Assembly (NCBI GenBank): GCA_035291605.1
Contig: DATDRS010000326.1
Span: 14,406 to 78,405 of the forward strand
Origin: Anaerolineales bacterium
Lineage (GTDB): Bacteria > Chloroflexota > Anaerolineae > Anaerolineales > UBA6663
Direction: 5' to 3'
DNA length: 64,000 nt
Below are positions 19,072 through 28,658 of the stretch, in pieces (the stretch's first letter is position 1; each line of letters begins with the position of its first letter). The notes under the pieces are model-generated. The model ran no database searches. It was given only the letters and a program-made list of their open reading frames with translations, and had not been told where the DNA came from. The position numbers were made by a program, and so were the translations under genes.

Positions 19072-21600
19072 TTAGCGGGCCGCCGAGGCCGCTGGCGGCA
19101 GGCCGGACTTGCGCTCCCCATTGGGCCGGCTTGTGTCTGCACTCACCCGCCGAACACGGGCTTTGCCCTTGCCCCCTTCGGCCGCCGGCTCCAGAGCCAC
19201 TTCCAGCACCTGGTCCATATGCTCGACAAAGACAAACGTCAAATCACGCTTGGCGTTCCTGGGCACATCCACCAGATCTTTATCGTTCTTCTTCGGCAGG
19301 ATGATGGTCTTCAACCCGGCGCGATGAGCCGCCAGCACTTTCTCCTTCACCCCGCCCACCGGCAAGACACGCCCGCGCAGGGTGATCTCCCCCGTCATCC
19401 CGACTTCTTTGTGCACCCTGCGCCCGGTGAAGGCGGAGATGAGCGCCGTCGCCAGGCTGATGCCCGCGCTTGGCCCGTCTTTAGGGATCGAGCCTTCGGG
19501 GATGTGGATGTGCGTGTCGGTCTTCTCAAAGCGGTCGTACTCTACGCCCAGCGCTTTGGCGCGCGATTTGAGGTAGGACATCGCGGCCTGAGCTGATTCT
19601 TGCATCACTTCGCCCACCTGGCCGGTGATTTGCAGGCTCCCTTTCCCTGGGAGCAGCGCCACCTCGATGGGCAGCGTGTCTCCGCCCGCTTCGGTCCACG
19701 CGACGCCGGTCACCACCCCCACCTCATCCTGCTTTTCCGTCTCCATGGGAGAATATTCCGGCGGCCCGAGGTACTTGTGGAGGGCCTCAGCGGTGACGCG
19801 CGCGGGGAATGGCTTGCCCTCGGCCTTGCGGCGCGCCAGCTTGCGGCACACACGCGCGATCTCACGTTCGAGATTCCGCACACCCGCCTCGTACGTGTAC
19901 GACCGGATCATGCGGCTCAAGGCCTGGTCCGTAATCGCCACGCCGGACTTGCCCAGCCCGTTTTCCTCCAGCTGGCGCGGGATGAGAAACTTGCGCGCGA
20001 TGCCGAGTTTCTCTTCCTCGATATAGCCCGGAAACTCGATGACTTCGAGGCGGTCCTGTAACGCCGGCGGGACCGTGCTGAGGGTGTTTGCCGTGGTCAC
20101 GAAAATCACTTTGGAGAGATCGTAATCTACGTCGAGGTAGTGATCCATAAAAGCGTGATTCTGCTCGGGATCCAGCACTTCCAACAGGGCCGCCGCCGGG
20201 TCGCCGCGGAAATCCTGGCCCAGCTTATCAATCTCATCCATCATGATCAGCGGATTGACCGACCCGCCTCGGCGCATGGCCTGAATCACCCGTCCCGGCA
20301 GCGCGCCGATGTACGTGCGGCGGTGGCCGCGGATCTCGGCTTCGTCGCGCACGCCGCCCAGGCTCAGGCGGCCAAACTTGCGCCCGAGCGCCTCGGCAAT
20401 CGAACGGCACAGCGAGGTCTTGCCGGTGCCGGGCGGTCCCACAAAGCACAGGATGGGCGCGCGCATTTTGTCTTTCGCCAGTTGCTTGACGGCGATAAAC
20501 TCCAGGATACGTTCCTTGGCTTTGGGCAGGCCATAATGCTGCCGCTCCAGCACCTGCTCGGCATGTTGGATGTCGAGATTGTCCTCGGTCGCCGTTACCC
20601 ACGGCAGCTCGACGAGCCAGTCGAGGTAAGTGCGGATGATGCCGACCTCGGGCGAGAGCGGCGCCACTTGCCCCAGACGTTCGACTTCCTTGAGCGCTTT
20701 CTTGCCGACCTCGCCAGGCATTTGCGCGGCGAGGACCTTCTCACGCAGTTCGTCAAGCTCCGCGCTCCACGAGTCGGTCTCGCCCAGCTCGTTCTGAATA
20801 GCCTTCATCTGCTCGCGCAGATAGAACTCGCGCTGGTTCTTGTCCACCTCGTTTTGCACGCGCGAGTGGATCGAGTCTTCGAGCTCCAGCACGTCCAACT
20901 CTTTGCCCAGCAGCACGCTGACGCGCTGCAGGCGCACCGTCGGGTCGAAGGTCTCGAGGATAGACTGCCGTTCGGCGAGGTCGAGGTTGAGGCTGGAGGC
21001 CACGAGGTCGGCCAGCCAGCCGGGCTCCTCGATGTTCATCGCAAAGACATAGGCTTCCTCGGGCAGGGCGTGGTTGAGCTGGATGCACTTTTCGAACAGC
21101 GCCAGCACGGCGCGCATGAGCGCTTCGGTCTCGCGCGGCTTCTCCGTAGGCTCGTAGACCGGTCGGGCTTTGACGACGTAGTAAGGCTCGGTCTGCGTCG
21201 CCGAGATAATTTCCACACGCCGCCGGCCCTGCGCCAGCACCGAGTTCGTGCCATCCGGCATCCGCAGCATCCGCCCGGCGGCAATCTCCACGCCAACCTG
21301 ATACAAGTCCTCGATCGTCGGGTCCTCGATCTCGGGGTTGGTCTGGGTGGCGGCAATCATGGTGAGGTTGCGGGCGTTCGCCGCCTGGATAGCGGCCATG
21401 GATTTTTCGCGCCCCACGAACAGCGGCGTGACCATGTGGGGGAACATGACCATGTCGCGCAGGGGCAGCAGGGCGCACTCGATCAGGCCCTCCTCGTCCG
21501 GCTCGGCCTCGGCGACCTCGTACAATTCCTCAGCGCGGCGGTTGATGGCCTCCGCAAAATCCGACCGCATGAGGTGATGACGCAATTCTTTTTCGAACAT
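19072..21600 (-). CDS. lon: ATP-dependent Lon protease
   Basis: LON N-domain, Walker A GPPGTGKTS, catalytic PKDGPSAG serine motif; 842 aa. Confidence 0.95.
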   Translation of the reverse strand: MFEKELRHHLMRSDFAEAINRRAEELYEVAEAEPDEEGLIECALLPLRDMVMFPHMVTPLFVGREKSMAAIQAANARNLTMIAATQTNPEIEDPTIEDLYQVGVEIAAGRMLRMPDGTNSVLAQGRRRVEIISATQTEPYYVVKARPVYEPTEKPRETEALMRAVLALFEKCIQLNHALPEEAYVFAMNIEEPGWLADLVASSLNLDLAERQSILETFDPTVRLQRVSVLLGKELDVLELEDSIHSRVQNEVDKNQREFYLREQMKAIQNELGETDSWSAELDELREKVLAAQMPGEVGKKALKEVERLGQVAPLSPEVGIIRTYLDWLVELPWVTATEDNLDIQHAEQVLERQHYGLPKAKERILEFIAVKQLAKDKMRAPILCFVGPPGTGKTSLCRSIAEALGRKFGRLSLGGVRDEAEIRGHRRTYIGALPGRVIQAMRRGGSVNPLIMMDEIDKLGQDFRGDPAAALLEVLDPEQNHAFMDHYLDVDYDLSKVIFVTTANTLSTVPPALQDRLEVIEFPGYIEEEKLGIARKFLIPRQLEENGLGKSGVAITDQALSRMIRSYTYEAGVRNLEREIARVCRKLARRKAEGKPFPARVTAEALHKYLGPPEYSPMETEKQDEVGVVTGVAWTEAGGDTLPIEVALLPGKGSLQITGQVGEVMQESAQAAMSYLKSRAKALGVEYDRFEKTDTHIHIPEGSIPKDGPSAGISLATALISAFTGRRVHKEVGMTGEITLRGRVLPVGGVKEKVLAAHRAGLKTIILPKKNDKDLVDVPRNAKRDLTFVFVEHMDQVLEVALEPAAEGGKGKARVRRVSADTSRPNGERKSGLPPAASAAR

Positions 21601-21666
21601 GCTCTCGATTTCTGATGGTAGATTTTGGATGGCTGATTGAAAGGCGAGGCCGCCAATCAGCCCTCC

Positions 21667-23043
21667 TCAATCGGCAATCAACAACTGATGGGCCGCTTGC
21701 ACTTCGGCCACGACAAACAGGCTGCCGCAAGCCACGATCACATCCTCCGGCGTGCTGAAGTAGAGGGCGCGCTCCAACGCCCGCGCCACAGGCGGGACGA
21801 CTTCAACGGCAAGAGCAGGTTTCGCCGCTTGAGCTAGGTCGGCCAATTCCTCCGGCTCCAGCGCGCGCGGGTGAACAGCCTGCACCAGGATCGCCCTCGC
21901 CACCGTGTCGTCGGCCAGCAATTCGGTGAACATCCCGGCCACATCTTTATCCGAGGAAGCGCCAAAAATCAAGTTCACACGGCGGCCCGGGAAATACTCG
22001 GCGATGGCCGACTTCAATTTTTGCGCCGAGTCACGGTTGTGCGCGGCGTCCACCACCAGGAAGGGGTGGCGGCTGAGAATTTCGAAGCGCCCCGGCCAGT
22101 TGACCGAGCGGAAGCCTGCCTGCATCCCCGTCGGCGAAATCGGCAGACCGCGTTCGCGCAGGGTCATCAGGGCTGCGTAGGCGACCGCCCCATTTTCTAC
22201 CTGATGCTGACCAAGCAGTGGGATTTCCAGTTTCAGCGGGACCCAGCTCAGCGCATGTCCCCGCGTACGCCAGGCGTTCAATTGCAGTTGTTCCCGCGCC
22301 GACCACACTTCAAAGGTCTGACGTTCCAGTGAGTGCTCCACCGGGCGGTAAAGCCAATCGCGTCCCACGAAGGACAGCGGGGCGCCGCGCTCGGCGGCAA
22401 TGCCTTCGAGGACTTCCCGGGCTTCGTCCTTCTGCGGTGCGCTCACCACCGGCACGCCGGGTTTGATGATGCCCGCCTTCTCGCCCGCGATCTCGGCCAG
22501 CGTATTGCCCAGCAAATTCATATGGTCGTAACTGAGCGAGGTGATCACCGAAACCAGCGGGGTCACGACGTTCGTCGCATCCAGCCGCCCGCCCAACCCC
22601 ACTTCGATCACGGCCACGTTTACGCGCGCGCGGGCGAAATACGCGAAGGCCAGCGCGGTGTTCAATTCGAACGTCGTCAGGCCAGGCACGCGCTCGACGA
22701 GCGGGCGCATCGCATCCACAATTTCGGCGACCACCTCGCGGGGGATCAGATCGTCGTCCACCCGAATCCGCTCGCAGAAGTCCTGCAAATGCGGCGAGGT
22801 ATAGAACCCGGTGCGGTAGCCGGCGGCCTGCAGCACGCTGGCGCACATGGCCGAAACGGAGCCTTTGCCTTTCGTCCCGGCGAGATGCAGCACGGGGTAA
22901 CAGGTCTGCGGATCGCCGAGCGCTTCAAGGAGCTTGAACATGCGGCCGAGGTCAAAGGTCTGCGCCGAATATTTGTAAGTGCGCATCTGGCCGTAGTCCA
23001 CAAAACTGTAGAGATAGTCGAGGGCGTCTTGATAGGTGAACAT
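21667..23043 (-). CDS. folC: Bifunctional folylpolyglutamate synthase / dihydrofolate synthase
   Basis: Mur-ligase family. P-loop HLAGTKGKGS, typical N-terminus YQDALDYLYSF. Confidence 0.9.
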   Translation of the reverse strand: MFTYQDALDYLYSFVDYGQMRTYKYSAQTFDLGRMFKLLEALGDPQTCYPVLHLAGTKGKGSVSAMCASVLQAAGYRTGFYTSPHLQDFCERIRVDDDLIPREVVAEIVDAMRPLVERVPGLTTFELNTALAFAYFARARVNVAVIEVGLGGRLDATNVVTPLVSVITSLSYDHMNLLGNTLAEIAGEKAGIIKPGVPVVSAPQKDEAREVLEGIAAERGAPLSFVGRDWLYRPVEHSLERQTFEVWSAREQLQLNAWRTRGHALSWVPLKLEIPLLGQHQVENGAVAYAALMTLRERGLPISPTGMQAGFRSVNWPGRFEILSRHPFLVVDAAHNRDSAQKLKSAIAEYFPGRRVNLIFGASSDKDVAGMFTELLADDTVARAILVQAVHPRALEPEELADLAQAAKPALAVEVVPPVARALERALYFSTPEDVIVACGSLFVVAEVQAAHQLLIAD

Positions 23044-23088
23044 TGCTTATGATGTTAGCACGAGGCGGGCGAAAAAGAAAATACGTAT

Positions 23089-23117
23089 TTGAATTATGTT
23101 TTCTTTTCTGGTAGAGT
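23089..23117 (+). promoter_or_regulatory. sigma70-like promoter TTGAAT-17-TAGAGT
   Basis: Lies in the AT-rich divergent region between folC and the 23162 gene. Hexamers at 23089-23094 and 23112-23117. Confidence 0.55.
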
Positions 23118-23161
23118 CAGCCGCGCGCCCGATATCGTGCTTGTCGGGCGCAAGCCTTGTC

Positions 23162-24454
23162 ATGCGTATGCGTCTCTCCCTTCCTCTTACGACCCTCACC
23201 GCCATCGTCGTCGTCGGATTGATCCTCGCCGGGGCGTGGCTGATTTTGCGCCCCAGTGGTCCTCCTTTGCAAGAGGCGGCCTTCTCGCTCTCCACCATCA
23301 CGCCTAACGCCGATGGAGACGCTGACGTGACGCGCATCCTTTATACCTTGCGGCGTCCGGCCACCGTCTCGATCTACTTTCTCGACTCCACCGGACAGCG
23401 CTTCAATTTTCGCGAGGGCAAGCCGCGGGAGGCGGGAGAGCATTCGATTGACTTCAGCGGCATCGTGAACCCTTATCGCATGCCCGGCGACGGCTTCGAA
23501 GGTGAGCTCCTGGCGCGCGTCTTGCCAAACGGCGGCTATACGTGGGTGATTGAAGCGCGTGAGGCTTCGGGAGTGACCAACGCGCTCACTGGCGCATTGA
23601 CGGTGGCCGAGGCCGATACAATCCTGCCCGAACTGCGCGGCCTGGCCATCGGTTCTCCGGCTTTCACCCCTAACCAGGATGGCCTGAACGACCGCGCGAC
23701 GATCAATGTTTATCTGACTAAAGCTGTAAATCCCGATGGCCTGCATCTGTTCCTCATCGGCCCGGATGACAGCCGCCTGCCGATTGCCGAAAAAGCCTCC
23801 ACGATCAAACCCGGCGAGCGCGGCCTGCACACGTACGATTACGATGGCGGCATTGACCTCGGGGCAAATCCCCCGCCCGACGGCGCGTACACGGTGCGGG
23901 CCGAGGTCGAAGACCGGCTTGGGCAAAAGCTGGCTGCCGAGACGATGCTCACCATCGAACGCGGTGGCCTGCCCCGCGCCGACATCGTCAATGCCCTGGT
24001 GGATTTTTCGGCCACCACGCTGCGCGTCGGCGACACCTTGTATTTCACGCTCACCGTCGAGAACTATGGCGTCTCGCCCATCCGCACATCAGGCCCGCCC
24101 TCGGGCTGGGTCTACGCCTCGATGGACGAAAACGCGAACACGCTGGGCGAGTTTGAGCAGTCGGGCGCGTGGCGGGTGGGGATTGACTGTGATACGTGTA
24201 TCCGCGACTATCCGTGGCGCTGGGCGCTGGGGACAAAGGACACGCTGACACTGCTGGTCGAAAACGGGCAGACGTATGACTATCTGATGCCGGGCCAGCG
24301 GGCCGCCGTGACAGGGGGGATTGTGCTGGACCGGATCATCGAGAGCCGCAACCCGCAGTACTTCTGGGCCGGACTGATTCACGAGGATGTGGAGATCGCG
24401 CTGGTCAACAATTACGTGGACAAACACTTCATCACGATTGTCCCTAATCATTGA
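23162..24454 (+). CDS. Hypothetical exported protein with two FlgD-Ig-like repeats
   Basis: N-terminal anchor LTTLTAIVVVGLILAGAWLIL. Two ITPNADGDAD / FTPNQDGLNDRATI motifs of the FlgD-Ig/CHU_C type. ATG at 23162 chosen. Confidence 0.6.
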   Translation: MRMRLSLPLTTLTAIVVVGLILAGAWLILRPSGPPLQEAAFSLSTITPNADGDADVTRILYTLRRPATVSIYFLDSTGQRFNFREGKPREAGEHSIDFSGIVNPYRMPGDGFEGELLARVLPNGGYTWVIEAREASGVTNALTGALTVAEADTILPELRGLAIGSPAFTPNQDGLNDRATINVYLTKAVNPDGLHLFLIGPDDSRLPIAEKASTIKPGERGLHTYDYDGGIDLGANPPPDGAYTVRAEVEDRLGQKLAAETMLTIERGGLPRADIVNALVDFSATTLRVGDTLYFTLTVENYGVSPIRTSGPPSGWVYASMDENANTLGEFEQSGAWRVGIDCDTCIRDYPWRWALGTKDTLTLLVENGQTYDYLMPGQRAAVTGGIVLDRIIESRNPQYFWAGLIHEDVEIALVNNYVDKHFITIVPNH

Positions 24455-24681
24455 TGACACTCGGCGCTGGCCGCCTTGCAACGCAAGGTGAACGATCGTC
24501 ACCCGGATCGTTTGCCCGTTCCACAAAAGCGCGTTATGATGACGTTTGGTAATCGGTTCACAGTGCTCAAGCGTCTTCATCTAACAAAAGGAGGTGGTTG
24601 GCAAGCCCCAAGTTGTCTCAAAAGTTGACGCTGCATAGCAACCTATTCAGACACTCTTAGGAGAAAGAAGGGAAAAACGCC

Positions 24682-25836
24682 ATGAAGAAATTGCTCTACC
24701 AGCTGTTTGCCGTGACGATGCTCACGGCCCTCGTGCTTTCGGCCTGCGGCCCGGCCGGCACCACCGTCGCCCCTACCGAGCCGCCCCAGCCGACCAACAC
24801 GCCCCTGCCGCCGCCCACCAATACCGCCGTGCCGCCCACCGCGACCCCGGACGCTGCGGCGACGGCCATGGCCGAGATCGGAACCGCGGCGCACCCGATC
24901 AAAGTGCTATTCGTCCCCTCCGTGGATGCCAACGTGATTACCACCGGCGGCCAGGTGATGGCCGACGCCCTCAAGGCGGCGACCGGCCTCGAGTTCGTGG
25001 TGAGCGTGCCCACCTCGTATGCCGCCACCATTGAGGAGATGTGCGCCTCGCCGTCCGATACCATGGGCTTCATCCCCGGCCTGGGCTACGCGCTGGCAAG
25101 CAATCTGTGCGGCGTTAGCGTGTCCTTTAAGGCCATCCGCTTCGGTTTCCCGGTCTACTGGGCTATGTTCCTGGTGGCTCGCGACAGCGACTATGAGACC
25201 CTGGCCGACCTGAACGGTAAGAAGTGGGGCTACACCGACGCGGCTTCGACCTCCGGTTACATGGTGCCACTCGTGATGTTGCAGGAAGCCAACATCACCC
25301 CAAGCGAGTCGGTAGCCACGGGCGGCCACCCGCAGGCGGTCAAGGCGGTGTACAACGGTGAAGTGGACTTCGCCACCTCCTTCTACAGCGTCCCGCTCGA
25401 CCCGGATGGCAAACCGGCCTGGACCTATGAGGACTTTGTGGCCGGCAAGATTACCGAAGACATGTACGAGCTGCCGGCCGATGTGATCCCGGACTGCGCG
25501 CCCAACGCCGACGGCACGCGCTTACTGTGCGACGGCTGGCGCGTGCTGGATGCCCGCGCCAATATCCGGACTGAAGCGCCGGACGTGATGCAGAAGGTGC
25601 GCATCCTGGCTGCGTCGCCCGCTATTCCGAACGATACCCTGTCCTTCGGGCCGGAATTCCCGGCGGAACTGCGCGCCAAGATCGAATCCGCGCTGGTTGA
25701 TTTCTCCAAGACGGAAGACTGGGCCAAGTCCATCGGCAGTAGCGACTTCTACGGGTGGAGCGGCATCGAGCCGGCCAAGGACGAAGAGTACGACATGGTT
25801 CGCTCAATGCTCGAAGCCACCGGCTGGAAGCCGTAA
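24682..25836 (+). CDS. phnD: Phosphonate/phosphite-type ABC transporter substrate-binding lipoprotein (PhnD family)
   Basis: Lipobox LVLSAC, Pro/Thr-rich tether, PhnD-like core (LADLNGKKWGYTDAASTSGYMVP). Confidence 0.75.
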   Translation: MKKLLYQLFAVTMLTALVLSACGPAGTTVAPTEPPQPTNTPLPPPTNTAVPPTATPDAAATAMAEIGTAAHPIKVLFVPSVDANVITTGGQVMADALKAATGLEFVVSVPTSYAATIEEMCASPSDTMGFIPGLGYALASNLCGVSVSFKAIRFGFPVYWAMFLVARDSDYETLADLNGKKWGYTDAASTSGYMVPLVMLQEANITPSESVATGGHPQAVKAVYNGEVDFATSFYSVPLDPDGKPAWTYEDFVAGKITEDMYELPADVIPDCAPNADGTRLLCDGWRVLDARANIRTEAPDVMQKVRILAASPAIPNDTLSFGPEFPAELRAKIESALVDFSKTEDWAKSIGSSDFYGWSGIEPAKDEEYDMVRSMLEATGWKP

Positions 25837-25882
25837 AGCTCGTAAGTTACAGCTATGAAGTAACCTGGCGGACAATAAGGCG

Positions 25883-25913
25883 CCTCGGGCAGGTAACGCC
25901 TGCCTGCCCGAGG
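25883..25913 (+). terminator. Intra-operon hairpin (possible attenuator/partial terminator) between phnD and phnC
   Basis: CCTCGGGCAGG / CCTGCCCGAGG 11-bp stem with a 9-nt loop, followed by TTCTCTC. Confidence 0.45.
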
Positions 25914-25959
25914 TTCTCTCCCGCCGCATCCCGGCTTATCCTTCTCGTGCGAGAAGTCT

Positions 25960-26733
25960 ATGCCCAGCACCGATCAAGTCATCCTCAAAATCGAAAACCT
26001 GACCAAGATTTACACAGGCACCGTCCCGGCGCTCGACCAGGTCAGTTTTGAAGTGCCGCGGGGTCAGTTCCTGGCCATCATCGGCTTGAGCGGCTCGGGC
26101 AAATCCACCCTGCTGCGTTGCATCAACCGCCTCATTGATCCGACCTCTGGCACCGTGATCTTCAACGGCATGGACGTCACCAGGGCCAACGATGACGAAC
26201 TGCGCCGGGTGCGCCGGCAGATCGGCATGGTCTTTCAACACTTCAATCTGGTCCACCGGTCGAGTGTGCTCACCAACGTGCTCGCCGGCCGGCTGGGCTA
26301 CGTCAACCCCGCCTGGGCGCTGATCAATCGCTTCCCCGCCAAAGATGTGGACAAGGCCCTGCGCCAGTTGCAGCGGGTGGGCCTGTCCGATAAGGCCTCC
26401 GACCGCGCCGACGAGCTAAGCGGCGGTCAGCAACAGCGCGTGGGGATCGCTCGCGCCCTGATGCAGGAGCCGGCCATGATCCTGGCCGACGAACCGGTGG
26501 CCAGCCTGGACCCCGTGCTGGCGCACAGCATCATGCAGCATCTCGAACAGATTAACAAGGAGGACGGCGTCACCGTGCTGTGCAGTCTGCACTTCCTCGA
26601 CCTGGTGCACCGCTATGCCACGCGCGTGATCGCGCTCAACGCCGGCCGCGTGGTATTCGACGGCCTGCCCAAAGATATTGACGACCACCGCTTCAAAGAA
26701 ATCTACGGCAAAGAAGCCGAGCGGGTCGGGTAG
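25960..26733 (+). CDS. phnC: Phosphonate-type ABC transporter ATP-binding protein
   Basis: Walker A GLSGSGKST, signature LSGGQQQR, Walker B ILADEP, PhnC-like length. Confidence 0.85.
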   Translation: MPSTDQVILKIENLTKIYTGTVPALDQVSFEVPRGQFLAIIGLSGSGKSTLLRCINRLIDPTSGTVIFNGMDVTRANDDELRRVRRQIGMVFQHFNLVHRSSVLTNVLAGRLGYVNPAWALINRFPAKDVDKALRQLQRVGLSDKASDRADELSGGQQQRVGIARALMQEPAMILADEPVASLDPVLAHSIMQHLEQINKEDGVTVLCSLHFLDLVHRYATRVIALNAGRVVFDGLPKDIDDHRFKEIYGKEAERVG

Positions 26734-26745
26734 CAGGAGGCACAC

Positions 26746-28560
26746 GTGAAGAACGCGGCAGACTGGCGACGTTCCCTCACCATCGGCCTGGCGGTGCTGG
26801 CCGGGCTGGTGATTTACGCCTACGGTTTTCAGGTCACCAAAATCAATCTGGGCGAAACCCGCTCCGAGCGGCGGCAGACCCAGTTGGTGCGCATCCTGCG
26901 CGCGCTGGCCAAGCCGGACCTCATCGCCTACGACGCGACCGAGGTTCAGATCAATGCCGCAGTGTTGGTGCCCTGCCCGGCGGGCGGCTTCACGCCATCC
27001 GCGCCAGATTCCAGCGGCCCGTACCTGGTAGTCACTCCGGCCTGCACCGCTCCTGGAGCTGAGGTGAAAATCGAGGGCTTTAATTTCGACCCCGACACGA
27101 GCGGCTCACTCAGCTTTATTCCGCCGAGCGGCGTATCGCTGGCAATGGCCACCTATCAGGCCGATGCCAGCGGACACTTCGTGCTCACCGCCAAACTGCC
27201 CAAGCGCGAAAGTGAAGAGCCGCAGTACGTCCGAACCATCACGAGCCGGACGGCCGGTGGGCCGCACCTGAGCCAGAACGCCAAAGACACGTGGGAGAAA
27301 ATCATCGAGACGGTGTTCCTCGCCTTGCTGGCCACCACGGTGGGCACTGCGCTCTCCATCCCCATCAGTTTTCTGGCGGCGAGCAACGTCATGAAGCCCA
27401 TCGCCAGCTCGCTCACCAGCGTCGCCCTCTCGCTGCTGGCCCTCCCGGTGGGCATGGCGCTGGGCGCGGGCGCCGCAGGGCAAATGGCCGCCGTACGTGA
27501 TTTGTTGATGCAGAGCACCCTTGTGCCAGTGATCGGATTGGTCGCCAGCCCGGTGATTCTCTTTAGCCTAGTGCGATGGGCGCTGCCTCCTGAGGAGGCT
27601 GTGCGGCCCGCTCTGGGCATGCGGCTGGCCCGGCTCGCGGCGCTGCTGGTCTCTGCGCTGATCGGCCTGCTCATCGTGTATCTGCTCTCAAGCCTGTCCG
27701 TCAATCTAGGCCGTGGCATTGCGCTGAGCCTCGGGGCCTTCGGTTTCCTCGGTCTGTTCATTTCCGGCATGGGCGACATTCTTGGGACTTCGCTGGGATT
27801 GATCAGCGCCCTCGCTGGCGCGGGCGTGCTCATCGGCGCCACCGGGCGGCTGGGCGAGTTCCTCGCGGCACGCCTACCCACCGCGGTCAACAAGATCATC
27901 AACATCATCCTCACCGCCGCAACCGGCGCGATGCTCGGCGGCGGGATCGCGGCCGGACTAAACTGGCTGTATCAATTCAAGCAGGCCAACGCCGTGCTAT
28001 GGTGGTTCGCAGCCATCGGCAGTGGCCTCGGACTGATCACGGCCCTCCGCCTGCCGGCCAGCACCCCGCTCCCCATCGGCTCAGTGATTTACACGCTCAC
28101 CCGCACTGTTCTCAACGCCCTGCGCTCGGTTGAAGCGCTGGTGATGGCGATTGTGTTTGCGGTGTGGGTGGGTATCGGGCCGTTCGCCGGTACGCTGGCC
28201 TTGGCCCTGCACACCGTGGCCGCGCTGGCCAAGCTCTACTCAGAGCAGGTGGAGAGCATTATGCCAGGCCCGCTCGAGGCCGTGCAGGCCACGGGCGCCA
28301 CACGCCTGCAGACCATCATCTACGCTGTGTTGCCGCAGATCATCCCGCCGTACATCTCCTTCACGCTCTACCGGTGGGACATCAACGTGCGTATGTCCAC
28401 CATCATCGGTTTCGTGGGGGGCGGCGGCATCGGCTTCCTGCTCCAGCAGAACATTAACCTGCTCAACTACCGGCAGGCCAGCGCCCAGATGTTGGCCATC
28501 GCCATCGTGGTAGCGAGCATGGACTATCTCAGCGCGAAACTGCGCGAGAGAGTCATTTGA
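26746..28560 (+). CDS. phnE: Phosphonate-type ABC transporter permease, unusually long (PhnE-like core with two large insertions)
   Basis: The C-terminal core has the PhnE pattern (GPFAGTLALALHTVAALAKLY, LEAVQATGATRLQ, YRWDINVR, GFVGGGGIG). GTG start lies 12 nt after the phnC stop. Confidence 0.75.
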   Translation: MKNAADWRRSLTIGLAVLAGLVIYAYGFQVTKINLGETRSERRQTQLVRILRALAKPDLIAYDATEVQINAAVLVPCPAGGFTPSAPDSSGPYLVVTPACTAPGAEVKIEGFNFDPDTSGSLSFIPPSGVSLAMATYQADASGHFVLTAKLPKRESEEPQYVRTITSRTAGGPHLSQNAKDTWEKIIETVFLALLATTVGTALSIPISFLAASNVMKPIASSLTSVALSLLALPVGMALGAGAAGQMAAVRDLLMQSTLVPVIGLVASPVILFSLVRWALPPEEAVRPALGMRLARLAALLVSALIGLLIVYLLSSLSVNLGRGIALSLGAFGFLGLFISGMGDILGTSLGLISALAGAGVLIGATGRLGEFLAARLPTAVNKIINIILTAATGAMLGGGIAAGLNWLYQFKQANAVLWWFAAIGSGLGLITALRLPASTPLPIGSVIYTLTRTVLNALRSVEALVMAIVFAVWVGIGPFAGTLALALHTVAALAKLYSEQVESIMPGPLEAVQATGATRLQTIIYAVLPQIIPPYISFTLYRWDINVRMSTIIGFVGGGGIGFLLQQNINLLNYRQASAQMLAIAIVVASMDYLSAKLRERVI

Positions 28561-28592
28561 CCTCGCGCTACCCCTCCCGGCGCTATGCGCCA

Positions 28593-28631
28593 CCCTCCTT
28601 CCCTCTCCCGTTGGGAGAGGGAAGGGGAGGG
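28593..28631. repeat. GC-rich REP-like hairpin downstream of phnE (terminator candidate)
   Basis: CCCTCCTTCCCTCTCCC - GTT - GGGAGAGGGAAGGGGAGGG, a 17-bp stem with one GG bulge. Confidence 0.55.
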
Positions 28632-28658
28632 CCGGGTAGGGAGGGGTGAGGTTCCCCA

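Noticed and set aside
19002-19142. Upstream extension of the multi-GAF kinase ORF
   Set aside because: It overlaps the 3' end of lon and encodes an R/P/A-rich peptide. The first TM helix begins just after 19001. The exact start remains unresolved.
20140-21615. 491-aa ORF antisense to lon
   Set aside because: Same reasoning. The lon frame carries Walker A and the catalytic Ser motif, and the antisense product is low-complexity R/L/G/H-rich.
21631-21662. GGCTGATTG ... CAATCAGCC hairpin between folC and lon as a terminator or heat-shock operator
   Set aside because: It has a 9-bp stem with a 14-nt loop and no T-tract, and it does not resemble CIRCE. Too weak to call.
24519-24562. TTCCAC / TTATGA / TTTGGT / TTCACA direct repeats upstream of phnD as a Pho box
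   Set aside because: The spacings (15, 11, 12 nt) and the sequences are too irregular, and I found no convincing -10 box at the right distance. It cannot be supported without a known PhoB/PhoP motif for this lineage.
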